Assembly: GCA_964016885.1 (NCBI GenBank)
Contig: OZ024742.1
Coordinates: 3,100,001 to 3,164,000, forward strand
Source: Eledone cirrhosa
Lineage: Eukaryota
DNA: 64,000 nucleotides
Direction of reading: 5' to 3'
The first letter of the stretch is position 1. Each line of letters opens with the position of its first letter. Positions 23,587-33,755 of the stretch are shown piece after piece. The notes beneath the pieces were generated by a model. It was not told the origin of the DNA and did no database searches. It saw only the letters and a program-made list of their open reading frames with translations. Position numbers and translations under genes: made by a program.

Positions 23587-23630
23587 AATAATAATAATAA
23601 TAATAATAATACACTATTAATAATTATTAA

Positions 23631-23917
23631 TTAATGCAATCGTGCAATGCCTGTGCGTGACGAATATTTTTAAAGTGAGGAAAGACTGTGCACTGAGCCA
23701 ATCCCACTCTCTGGGCGACAGTAGCTATAACCCGAAAAGAAGAAAAGATCAACATCATCGGTAACTACTGAGCCGCAGATTTTATGTCGGAGTTAACCCA
23801 GTTTCCTGAGATGCCTTCTCCTAGAAGAATGCCCTGACAAGGGCTAGGGGTTCTTCGCTCCCAGTGGTTTAACTGCGCGATCGGGTATCCAGCCCGACTA
23901 TTTCTATGTCCCCGCGT
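23631..23917 (-). mobile_element. Degenerate retroelement fragment with an RTE-like 5'UTR motif
   Basis: ccttctcctagaagaatgccctgacaagggctagggg resembles ccttctcctagaattctgccttgacaaaggctaagggg in the 32.6-33.8 kb elements. Boundaries are approximate. Confidence 0.35.
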
Positions 23918-23954
23918 ATAAAAAAAAAACTCACTTATTGACACTTATACGTAC

Positions 23955-24125
23955 GACATACACACACGCGCGCACACACACACATGCATACGCGCGCACA
24001 CACCAACACTCATACATACAAACAAACACACACACGCTACTCACACACACACACAGATATATATATATATTACATACATACATACATTCATACATACATT
24101 ACACAGATCACTTACATAACACACA
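23955..24125. repeat. Compound CA/TA/TACA microsatellite
   Basis: Direct read. Confidence 0.85.
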
Positions 24126-24227
24126 TGATTCAAATTTTAAAGGTTTATAAAGGTTTATAATATCCCGCAAAAGAAAGTGATATGTACCAATACATATTAA
24201 CAATAATATAATATAAAATATACCTAC

Positions 24228-25012
24228 CATCTGACTGTGTACCAGAGTCTACTCTAATTGCTGAGGAATTTGTTTTGGCGATCAATACTTTTGATGTCAT
24301 CATTGATTGACGTACATTTTTTTCAGGATGAAGTAAGATGATGTACAGTTTAGGTGTGAACATACAAACCAGTGCCACTGTAGCGCTGAGACTGATTGAG
24401 AAACACATGGTAGCCATTCGTACTTCGATATTGTGTGCTGTTGTAAAATATATTGGCACGAAAGCCAGCCATATAATAAAAGTTGTGTACATTGTAAATC
24501 CTATATATTTTGATTCGTTAAACGCTTCCGGAATTTTCCTCGTTAGCACGGCGTAAATTGTGCAGATGTTGACGAGAAGTATGGGATAAGAAAATCCTAT
24601 CATATAAGAAAAACCTTGCGCTGCTTTACAAATTAACTGATGATCATTGCGGTTAGCATAAAAGGGTATCGCTTGAGGTGGACTCATAAGTAACCAGATA
24701 ACACCAATTACAAGTTGCAATGATACTAGTGAACCACAAATAAATAGCTGAGATCTTGGGCTAATGAATTTGGGCCGCTTTGCAGTACGTTTACCAGCAC
24801 GGAAGATCCGTGCTATTCGATTTGTCTTGGTTAAAATGGCTGCATATGTAATTGCAAAACATAAACCGATTCCAAACTGTTGTGAGCCACATGTAAAGGC
24901 GTTTGGTTTGGCCACTACAAGAAATGTCATGCTGTAACACATAAAAATACCGATTAATAAGACGAAACTGAGCTCTCGCCCTGATGCTTTCACCACTGGT
25001 GTTGCACTATAT
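24228..25012 (-). CDS. mGluR: Internal exon of a metabotropic glutamate receptor-like class C GPCR (ICL1, TM2-TM7, start of C-tail)
   Basis: Motifs TPVVKASGRELS, LTKTNRIARIF, PKFISP, TRKIPEAFNESKYIGFTMYTT, PKLYIILLHPEKN. Acceptor ttttcag| at 25013 and donor G|GTAGGT at 24227 (alternative GT at 24223). Confidence 0.93.
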
Positions 25013-25099
25013 CTGAAAATAGAAGAAATAAAAGCGGCTATTTAATACTGAAAGCATTCTGATAATTATAGCAAATATAATTGGATAATGACCGAAGGA

Positions 25100-25490
25100 A
25101 TACGATCGTGAATACGAGGGGCCGAAATGAGGTCCCTCTGAATGGTCTTTGGAGTAACATTACTCGATAGAGTCCATCAGAGATTGTTCCAGGTAGAGTC
25201 GCTACATCCCTGATTTAAGAGATCACAGCTCCGATACTATCGAAATGTGGTTATAATGTCTCAGGAATGGATCACCGGACAGATTGCTTTGGGATAAACA
25301 AACTGACAGGAAACTCAGGAGTAGATCCGAGCAAGATTGTTGGAAAACATCCATGACCTCGGATGGTTTCGCATGAGGATCCAGCCGGATTAATTTGAGA
25401 CTGTTGCTTCTGAAAGTACCCGCTGGAAGGTGAGTTTGTGGGCTTTACTTCACGACCCTCCCAGGAAGAAGTCGACGAAAAAGTAGAAGA
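25100..25490 (+). mobile_element. Decayed LINE (RTE-like) ORF 3' fragment
   Basis: GC-richer island whose broken translation resembles RTE C-termini (RK.R.R.RAR..ENI.DLGW...VASE..RWK). Confidence 0.35.
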
Positions 25491-25751
25491 TATCGAACAT
25501 AGATTGAAATATTATACCCCAGTCTACTATGTTTAAAAAATATGACACCACATGAACATTATATACTAAACATTAACACTGCTGTTAAATGGAAGATGTT
25601 CATATGTGTGTGTATGTATGTATCACATTATTTATTATATACATATATTATATATAGTATATGATTTATATTAGTTTCTTGATCTATGCATACGACCAAC
25701 AATCTAATTCGACAAGCAAATTTACTGACTCAGTAAATATACAGAACCGTC

Positions 25752-25795
<44 letters not shown>

Positions 25796-25865
25796 TGTTG
25801 TCTCTTGAGGTCACTGGTTGTGACTTGGTGATAACTCGTATGAACATAAAGCAAGATAAATGCAA
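25796..25865 (+). mobile_element. Second copy of the ~70-bp TAA-flanked mini element
   Basis: Matches 14002-14067 with 2 substitutions. (TAA)n at 25753-25795 and about 25865-25884. Confidence 0.75.
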
Positions 25866-25937
25866 ATAATAATAATAATAATAATATATATATATATGTT
25901 TATACACATATATCTATCTATCTATATATGTTTATGC

Positions 25938-25977
<40 letters not shown>

Positions 25978-26074
25978 ATTAATAGTGACTCCATCTCACT
26001 GAATAAGATACTGACTATTGTAGTAATGAGATATTCGGCCCTGTAATATTATATTTGCAGTTTTAGTAAGATTC

Positions 26075-26274
26075 NNNNNNNNNNNNNNNNNNNNNNNNNN
26101 NNNNNNNNNNNNNNNNNNNNNNNNNNNNNNNNNNNNNNNNNNNNNNNNNNNNNNNNNNNNNNNNNNNNNNNNNNNNNNNNNNNNNNNNNNNNNNNNNNNN
26201 NNNNNNNNNNNNNNNNNNNNNNNNNNNNNNNNNNNNNNNNNNNNNNNNNNNNNNNNNNNNNNNNNNNNNNNNNN
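26075..26274. other. Assembly gap (200 N)
   Basis: Run of N. Confidence 1.
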
Positions 26275-26390
26275 CCCACTGCGTGGCACCTTAGTCAAGA
26301 TTACTTTTCTATAATAGCCTCAGATTCAATAAGGATTTGTGAGTAGAATTTAGTATTTGGAAGACACAAACTGTAGAAACCAATCATATG

Positions 26391-26432
<42 letters not shown>

Positions 26433-26435
26433 CAT

Positions 26436-26497
<62 letters not shown>

Positions 26498-26864
26498 CTA
26501 GACCACCTGTGACCCGTCAAAATATTTTTTAAAAATCAGGTTGACTTCCAAATAATTTTTAAATAATCAAAATATACACAGACATGTACATGATGTGAAA
26601 TGAAACTGGAAGGCCCATATATGTACGTGTGTGTATGTTTATATAAATGTGGGTGTCTGTGATCTATATACACTGGTCATAGACACACACACCATATACA
26701 CACATATATATATATACACACATATATATATATACACACACACACTCACATATATATATATAAACACAACAACACTACCAGCTCTCTTTCTCTCTCTTCC
26801 ATTCTCCTATGTGTCTCCTTTCCCTCTCTCTATGTCTCCATTTTAATCTACTCTCTCCCAACCA

Positions 26865-26919
<55 letters not shown>

Positions 26920-27136
26920 TCTCTCTCTCTCTCTTTCTCTGTTCATGAAGGTACCCGGAAAAAACCCATATCTCGGGAACCCGTGCTGCGTTTTACACGA
27001 AACTTATTTTATTCCATTTGTATCCACATTTCAGTGTCAACTTCCTTTCAAAATATTTTCCCATTACGCGCCCTTTTGGCTGTATTACATTGCAGACAAG
27101 CAAGCAAGCAATCACAGAGTTTTAGTAGTATATAGA
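26498..27136 (-). mobile_element. Non-autonomous Helitron-like element
   Basis: Minus strand starts A|TCTATATACTACTAAAA followed by (TTGC)n and ends ...GACGGGTCACAGGTGGTCTAG|T. TC...CTAG termini at an A-T site with internal microsatellites. The 3' hairpin is incomplete. Confidence 0.5.
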
Positions 27137-27218
27137 TAGATAACAGTGTTGCTATTATTAGGTGTATACTTGAGCAGAAGGTTTTAAGTTCAATGCAGTA
27201 GGGTTCATGTAGAGCTGA

Positions 27219-27357
27219 TATGTAAGGAATAATAAACACCAGAGTCGATATGTTGTCAAACTAACACGTGTCTCAACTGGTAGAATTTCATCCCGAGGAT
27301 GTGAGATTATAAAATCACCTTGACAACATATCGACTCTTTGTTGTTTATTATTCTCC

Positions 27358-27362
<5 letters not shown>
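27219..27362. repeat. Short foldback/MITE-like element, ~40-bp imperfect inverted arms
   Basis: gaataataaacaccagagtcgatatgttgtcaa ... ttgacaacatatcgactctttgttgtttattattc, adjacent to (TA)n. Confidence 0.7.
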
Positions 27363-27426
<64 letters not shown>

Positions 27427-27597
27427 CAATATCGGAGAAAGCTTTTTAGCGATACTCCGGCCAAATTCCAACTCACTCAACAAACATTAGGAAATAAGTG
27501 ATTATATTCCCAATTATGCGTTCGGGGAGCTAACTAAAAGTATTACGTGGAAGATTGGCTGTATTATTTCATATGAGACATATCTAATATTTCTCTT

Positions 27598-27724
27598 CCC
27601 AGACGGACGTCTCGTTTCATTATAGGATTCCTACAATTTGGGTGAAATTATACCAATTTATGTAGGAGCTTGTATACCATCAATAGATATATATTCAAGT
27701 GGGCTCCTATAATTCATCAGTGGG
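27598..27724 (-). ncRNA. Candidate type I hammerhead ribozyme
   Basis: Minus strand reads CCCA CUGAUGA AUUAUAGGA [insert] UCCUAUAAU GAAA CG AGACGUC CGU C UGGG. Full catalytic core, 9-bp stem II, GUC cleavage triplet. Confidence 0.7.
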
Positions 27725-27994
27725 TGCCTCAATAATACTAATATTGATAATCTGACCAACATCAGTATTTAGCGATAATCATCATTTGTGCCTGAGGTAT
27801 CTGTCAGGCTGCTAGTCTAGCAGTTCTAAAGAAATACTCAAACTGATTCAAAAAATGAGGAAGTAAATTACCGCCAAAATATATATTATTAGAAATGTAA
27901 GCTATCGCCGTATTTTTTACTAAAGAAATTAAAGAAATTATTTAGCCTGATAGTGGGGTTAAGAACCCTCGGAATAATGGAAAAGATGAGTATT

Positions 27995-28066
27995 GACGTA
28001 CATGGGAGTCGAACCCACATCTTTGGTTATTCGGACCACTGTGCTATCATTTACACCAACATACAT
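27995..28066 (-). mobile_element. tRNA-derived SINE head / tRNA pseudogene
   Basis: Minus strand TGGTGTAAATGATAGCA (A box) ... GGTTCGACTCCC (B box). Acceptor stem is poor. Confidence 0.55.
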
Positions 28067-28073
28067 ATCACCC

Positions 28074-28206
<133 letters not shown>

Positions 28207-28297
28207 GAGTTTATGTTGGTTGTATACCAACACCTCAGTATGCAGGCTTGAGCACTCGACGAAGTGTGCAGGTTGGTTTGGTTACTCCGGAGTAGTG

Positions 28298-28588
28298 TAA
28301 AATAAAGTTAAATAAAAGTCAAATGATTAAAATTTAGCTTCGTTTATTACTGCTATATATATTTCAGTGACAGCCATCTTTGGCTGTGACCTCTTCAGGC
28401 AGTTTGAATTAGTATGGTATAGACAAGTACATATGTTGTTTAGGTGTATCTAAACAACATATGTACTTGTCTATACCATACTAATTCAAACTGCCTGAAG
28501 AGGTCACAGCCAAAGATGGCTGTCACTAAAATATATATAGCAGTAATAAACGAAGCTAAATTTTAATCATTTGACTTTTATTTAACTT

Positions 28589-28595
<7 letters not shown>
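28298..28595. repeat. Near-perfect palindrome: 146-bp arms, 6-nt loop, one mismatch (Penelope-like pLTR relic)
   Basis: 28298-28443 is the reverse complement of 28450-28595. Each arm carries a hammerhead motif. Confidence 0.9.
28349..28403 (-). ncRNA. Candidate minimal hammerhead ribozyme (Penelope-like type)
   Basis: Minus strand reads ACUGC CUGAAGA GGUCACAGCCA AAGA UGGCUGUCACU GAAA UAUAUA UA GCAGU. Palindromic short stem III, AUA triplet. The mirror copy at 28490-28544 (+) has GAAA changed to AAAA. Confidence 0.7.
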
Positions 28596-28664
<69 letters not shown>

Positions 28665-28892
28665 ATAGAGGTGTAACACACAATTTATGATATATTGGTA
28701 AACGGAAAAGAAAATGCTGACAAATTGTTCACAGTGAAAAATAGTTTAATTAGGAAGAAGTGAGAATTAGTAATATTATTGGTTAGTATTCAGTTTTGGT
28801 TTTAAGTTTTACCGGTTGCGCATTTCTAATGCTTTTCAAAAATAATTTTGAGATAGAGCGTCCGTGATGTTTGCTCTAATCTGTATATATAT

Positions 28893-28993
<101 letters not shown>

Positions 28994-29382
28994 AGAAAAA
29001 CCACAGACCCTCCATCTCAACTCTACTTTTGAAAAACAGAAGAACTGCGAAACCGGGAAAGGAACCAAATAAATATATATATTTTTTTTAAAATAAGACT
29101 CCAGTTGCATTTTTTATTTCATCTTTTTTCTTTATACTTTCACTCGTGTAGGACACCTCGGTTATTTTTCATTTTGTAAAAAAAACCTCACTTTCTTATA
29201 TATATATGTGAAGTAATTCCGTCGGAAAGGTCCAGGGAAAAAGGTTTTTAAAACCCAATGTCAATAAATACACCAGGATTTTTTCATTCTAATGATTGAA
29301 AGAAAAATTTGTTTGCTTTCAAGAAACCACTGGTAAATGAAATAATTGCCTTATGTTGTTTATTACATAACTATATATATAT

Positions 29383-30318
29383 AGACAGAACCACGTTTAT
29401 GGTATAAAAGAAGTCGTAGACTAATGTTCTCTTAGGTGGTTCATAGAGACGTTCTCTGGCAATGAACGGAAAAAACGAAGATAATACGTCATATGTGGAG
29501 CATGGAGAACAATTGCACGCAAAGACAAAACCACGTAAATTGTATAGCTGAAGTCGTAGACTAAAATTCTAACTAGGAAACCGAATGAATCTCCGCTTCA
29601 GAGTTAAGAATAAAGTAAATAAAATACAATACAGAGGTAATAGAAATTAAATAAATACATACACGCATGCAAAAACGTACATACCCAAGCATACGCGAAA
29701 ACACTTGCCATAGGTATACAAAACCACGCACATATAAATATGTCTGTGTGTGTGTGCGTGTATACAAATAAATAAATAATTAAATAAACGTATATAAATA
29801 AATGAATACGTATATAACACATATCTACATGTAAATACACAAATGTTCGGAGACGCACGTCAACCAAAACATGAAGTACACATATACGCACACCCTACAT
29901 ACGTACGAACCTGCATACTCACACAGACGCAGAACTCCCATATACACATAACCAAACCATATGTACCAGAATATATACAAAATAATACGCCATAACATAT
30001 ACAATCAAATATACGTACGAGAAAGTATACGTACATTCACAAAACATACAGGTAATAAATACTTAATTATGCAAATAAGTAATGGTATAAACAAAACATA
30101 TACTTAGCTACCACATCAAGACGTAAAATATCCATTTTAGTCTACGACTTCAGCTATACAATTTACGTGGTTTTGTCTTTGCGTGCAATTGTTCTCCACG
30201 CTCCACATATGACGTATTGTCTTCGTTTTTTCCGTTCATTGCCAGAGAACGTCTCTATGCACCACCGAAGAGAACATTAGTGTACGACTTCTTTTATACC
30301 ATAAACGTTGTTCTGTCT
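29383..30318. repeat. Foldback element: ~185-bp inverted arms (29383-29567 / 30134-30318) around an AC-rich spacer
   Basis: Arms are reverse-complementary with few mismatches and contain an internal ~140-bp subrepeat (gaagtcgtagactaa twice). Confidence 0.8.
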
Positions 30319-30642
30319 TTGCGCGTAATTGTTTTTCACCGCTCCTATTAATGACGTATTATATTCGTTTTTCCCATTCTTTGCCAGGGAAAGTTTCCAC
30401 GAACCAAAGTATCGTCTTCCTGTCTTCCTCCGGTTGCAACGTTTTTTGAAATATCCACTTCTGCGTTTACAGATTGACTTTGTTAGTTTCATAAGATCCC
30501 GTTAAGGGTGAAAGCAGCGATTCTTTGCTTAAACTTTAATCTGTTATTTTAATAAATATTTGCTCTACGATTCTTATATATTTGATATATATTTATCCTT
30601 ATCGAGCCCTCTTTGGATTTTAGTCTTCAAATTTATTGGTAT

Positions 30643-30693
<51 letters not shown>

Positions 30694-30703
30694 TAGAATG
30701 AAA

Positions 30704-30921
30704 AATCAGTGATGCATCGAAACTCAATTTATTGTGTGTTACAATTGTTTCCCCGACGAACAGCTCGAGGTGTGATTCGTGTGTGGATCGACCTGACTCA
30801 AGACTCACAAGTTTCTCGGACACGTCTATTGATTTCGGACCATATCTTTTTTCAGAACGAACTGTTCGACGGGGAAACAATTGTAACACAAAATAAATTG
30901 AGTTCCGATGCATCACTGATT
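30704..30921. repeat. Inverted repeat with ~64-bp arms (30704-30767 / 30858-30921)
   Basis: aatcagtgatgcatcgaaactcaatttatt...ttccccg versus cggggaa...aataaattgagttccgatgcatcactgatt. Confidence 0.8.
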
Positions 30922-31011
30922 CTCCGATTTCCATTATATCATACTCTGCTCCGTAGAAGCATAGAGTGCTCAACCGGCATACCGCCTATGGAAGCATCTT
31001 AGCTACCATTA

Positions 31012-31061
<50 letters not shown>

Positions 31062-31539
31062 CATATATATTTATTTAGGTTTGAAGGTTCACCATTGGAT
31101 AGAGCTGGTCAATTCCGTAAGGTCAATCTTGATGTAATAATATGGAGAGTACTCAACGTAAAGCAACTCAACCGTCTTCTTTTGTGTAGTTGGTGGTGCG
31201 AGTACGGTGTTAAATATTATAATAAAATAACAGGGGGATGGACTTGTGTAAATCCTTGAAAGGTTTATTATACTATGATCATTTCAATGACCGAGTTCTG
31301 TATGAATCCGGTGATATCATCAGGTATTCGGAATATATGAATGTAACAGATAAAATCCATGGGGCTGAAATCATAGACCCGAGGACGACCGACCATCTAG
31401 CATCTTCCACTTTAGCCGGTCGCCCTCAAGTGCTGGCCATTCGGCCTACTTAAGGCTATCTGGTGAGGGGGCTGAAGCTTATAGTGTGCTACTAACGTCC
31501 CGGTCAAAGAGAAGAAAAACAGAAAGAAAGAGGAAGAAA

Positions 31540-32464
31540 AGTCAGGAGATTAACACGAAACAGGAGATTAACACGAAATACCTGATTCACAAAAGCGATA
31601 GGGATGCAGGCAAACCACCTAGATGTGATAACAAATGCAGACTCTGCAGAACTAACATCGAGGATATGACCCATGCATCAACAGCTGTCAAAAGATGTCA
31701 TCGCGGTACTATCTACCTATGAGGCATGATGTAGTGGTGATGTAGTGGCCAAAACACTGTACGATGCAGTTCGTAAAAAAGATAGCCCCGATAATAAACA
31801 CATTAAAAGCTACAGCAATTTGGAAGACATCTATGTACATAACATGAAAGCGTACTGGTGGAATGGTCCAGTAAAAACCCCAATAAAATGCAGGCATAAC
31901 ATACCAGATATTATGATATAGGACAGGGGAAAAAAGCATGCACAGTAGTGGAAATTAGCTGCCCAGCAGATGCCAATATAATATCAAAGATTTGTGAAAA
32001 GGAGAATATTTATGCAGAACTGATGAGAAATCTGCAGATACTCCACCCTGATTACACCTTCAGATTTATGCCTGTGATTATTGAGGCACTAGGGTATGTT
32101 AGTAACTGCCTCAATACAAATCTTGAGAGGGTAGTGTTCACAGGAACAGAAAGAACACAACTAGTTAGGAAATTACAAGTACAATCCATTAATGGGACAG
32201 TAAAAATATGTAAAACATTCCAAAACTTTGCATCTAATAACTGCATATACACATGTACAGATGCAAAGCATATACACATGCACACATACAACTCAAAACA
32301 TACAGCTCCACGCATACAATAACATCCATATCTACACATGCATACAGACATACATAACTACGTAGTTGATGTTTTGTAATTTACAATGAGAGAGTCTTGT
32401 GTCTATGTTAGAAAACGACTCTCCCTCTATTGTGTAAACTTTGCGATATTATAAAACCAGATAA
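31540..32464 (+). mobile_element. 5'-truncated RLE non-LTR retrotransposon of a different family, ending in (CATA)n
   Basis: Broken translation CRLC...H...C, RHD, HNIPDIMI, VEISCP, EKENIY, PVIIEALG, GTVKICKTF. The 3'UTR runs into the TACA repeat at 32465. Confidence 0.8.
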
Positions 32465-32618
32465 ACATACATACATACATACATACATACATACATACAT
32501 ACATACATACATACATACATACATACACACATACACACATACATACATACATACACACACACATACATACATACATACATACATACATACATACATACAT
32601 ACATACATACATTCATAC
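32465..32618. repeat. (TACA)n microsatellite (also about 33128-33195 and 33754-33853)
   Basis: Direct read. Confidence 0.95.
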
Positions 32619-33128
32619 TTGGTGGCTGCCAACTCGTTTTCGAGTACGGCCACTACTTTATATCCATGTAGGAGAACCCCATGGTACCATATAACGACAA
32701 GTGCAGAGAGATCTCCAGATATAAAGCAATGCCTGTGCCGTGAAGCTTTTATAGTGAGCAAAGGCACTGCACAAAGCCAGTCCCACTCTCTTAACCAAGA
32801 TGATATTTACCAAAAAGAAGAACAAGCCAACATCATTGGATACCATCAAGGTTGCAGGTGTTATATCAGAGTTTTCCTTCTCCTAGAATTCTGCCTTGAC
32901 AAAGGCTAAGGGGTCATCTCTCCCGGTGATTTTGGATGGCCATTGACTCTTAAGAGCTCCTTTGCCCTTTGACAGGTTTTGTTTTTAGTCCTGCAGGATG
33001 TCCAAAGTCACCCTCCTCACCAAGACACCTTGGTGGGGTTGCCAGTTTAGTCGCCAACGACCCGACCATGAGACAGGTTGTACTGGGATACATGTTACCA
33101 GTAGCACCAACTGGTGACCTGACATAAT
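32619..33128 (-). mobile_element. Non-autonomous retroelement copy 1 (RTE-like 5'UTR, (TGTA)n tail)
   Basis: Tandem homolog of 33196-33755. Minus-strand motifs AAACTGGCAACCCC, CTAAAAACAAAACCTGTC and CTAGGAGAAGGAAAACTC resemble RTE 5'UTRs. No credible ORF. ~100-bp internal deletion relative to copy 2. Confidence 0.6.
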
Positions 33129-33195
33129 ACATACATACATACATACATACATACATACATACATACATACATACATACATACATACATACACACA

Positions 33196-33755
33196 AGGTG
33201 GCTGCAAACTCGTTTTCGAGTACGGCCACTACTTCATATCCATGTAGGAGAACCCCTACTGATGCGCTGAACGAGTGTGACTTTTTAGTCCAGCCAGCGA
33301 CTTGAAAACTCTGGTACAAACACTGCACTTGTGACAATTATTGACACATATTGCTGGGCCCATGGTACGATGTTACGACAAGTGCAGAGAGATCTCCAGA
33401 TATAAAGCAATGCCTGTGCCGTGAAGCTTTTATAGTGAGCAAAGGCACTGCACAAAGCCAGTCCCACTCTCTTAACCAAGAAGATATTTACCGAAAAGAA
33501 GAACAAATCAACATCATTGGATACCATCAGGGTTGCAGGTGTTATATCAGAGTTTTCCTTCTCCTAGAATTCTGCCTTGACAAAGGCTAAGGGGTCATCT
33601 CTCCCGGTGATTTTGGATGGCTATTGACTCTTAAGAGCTCCTTTGCCCTTTGACGGGTTTTGTTTTTAGTCCTGCAGGATGTCCAAAGTCACCCTCCTCA
33701 CCAAGAAACCTTGGTGGGATTGCCAGTTTAGTCGCCAATGACCCGACCATGAGAC
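33196..33755 (-). mobile_element. Non-autonomous retroelement copy 2 (5' truncated by ~50 nt)
   Basis: High identity to copy 1; flanked by (TACA)n. Confidence 0.6.

Noticed and set aside
1-23611. Telomeric or rDNA-type retrotransposon array (TRAS/SART, HeT-A/TART, R1/R2)
   Set aside because: Spacers are (TAA)n rather than TTAGG/TTAGGG or rRNA sequence, and the array abuts a protein-coding exon. The analogy to TRAS/SART is architectural only.
27995-28066. Functional tRNA gene
   Set aside because: A and B boxes are present but the acceptor and anticodon stems pair poorly. Treated as a SINE head or pseudogene.
31360-31452. Possible SINE head on minus (TAGGCCGAATGG A-box-like)
   Set aside because: No convincing B box and boundaries cannot be defined.
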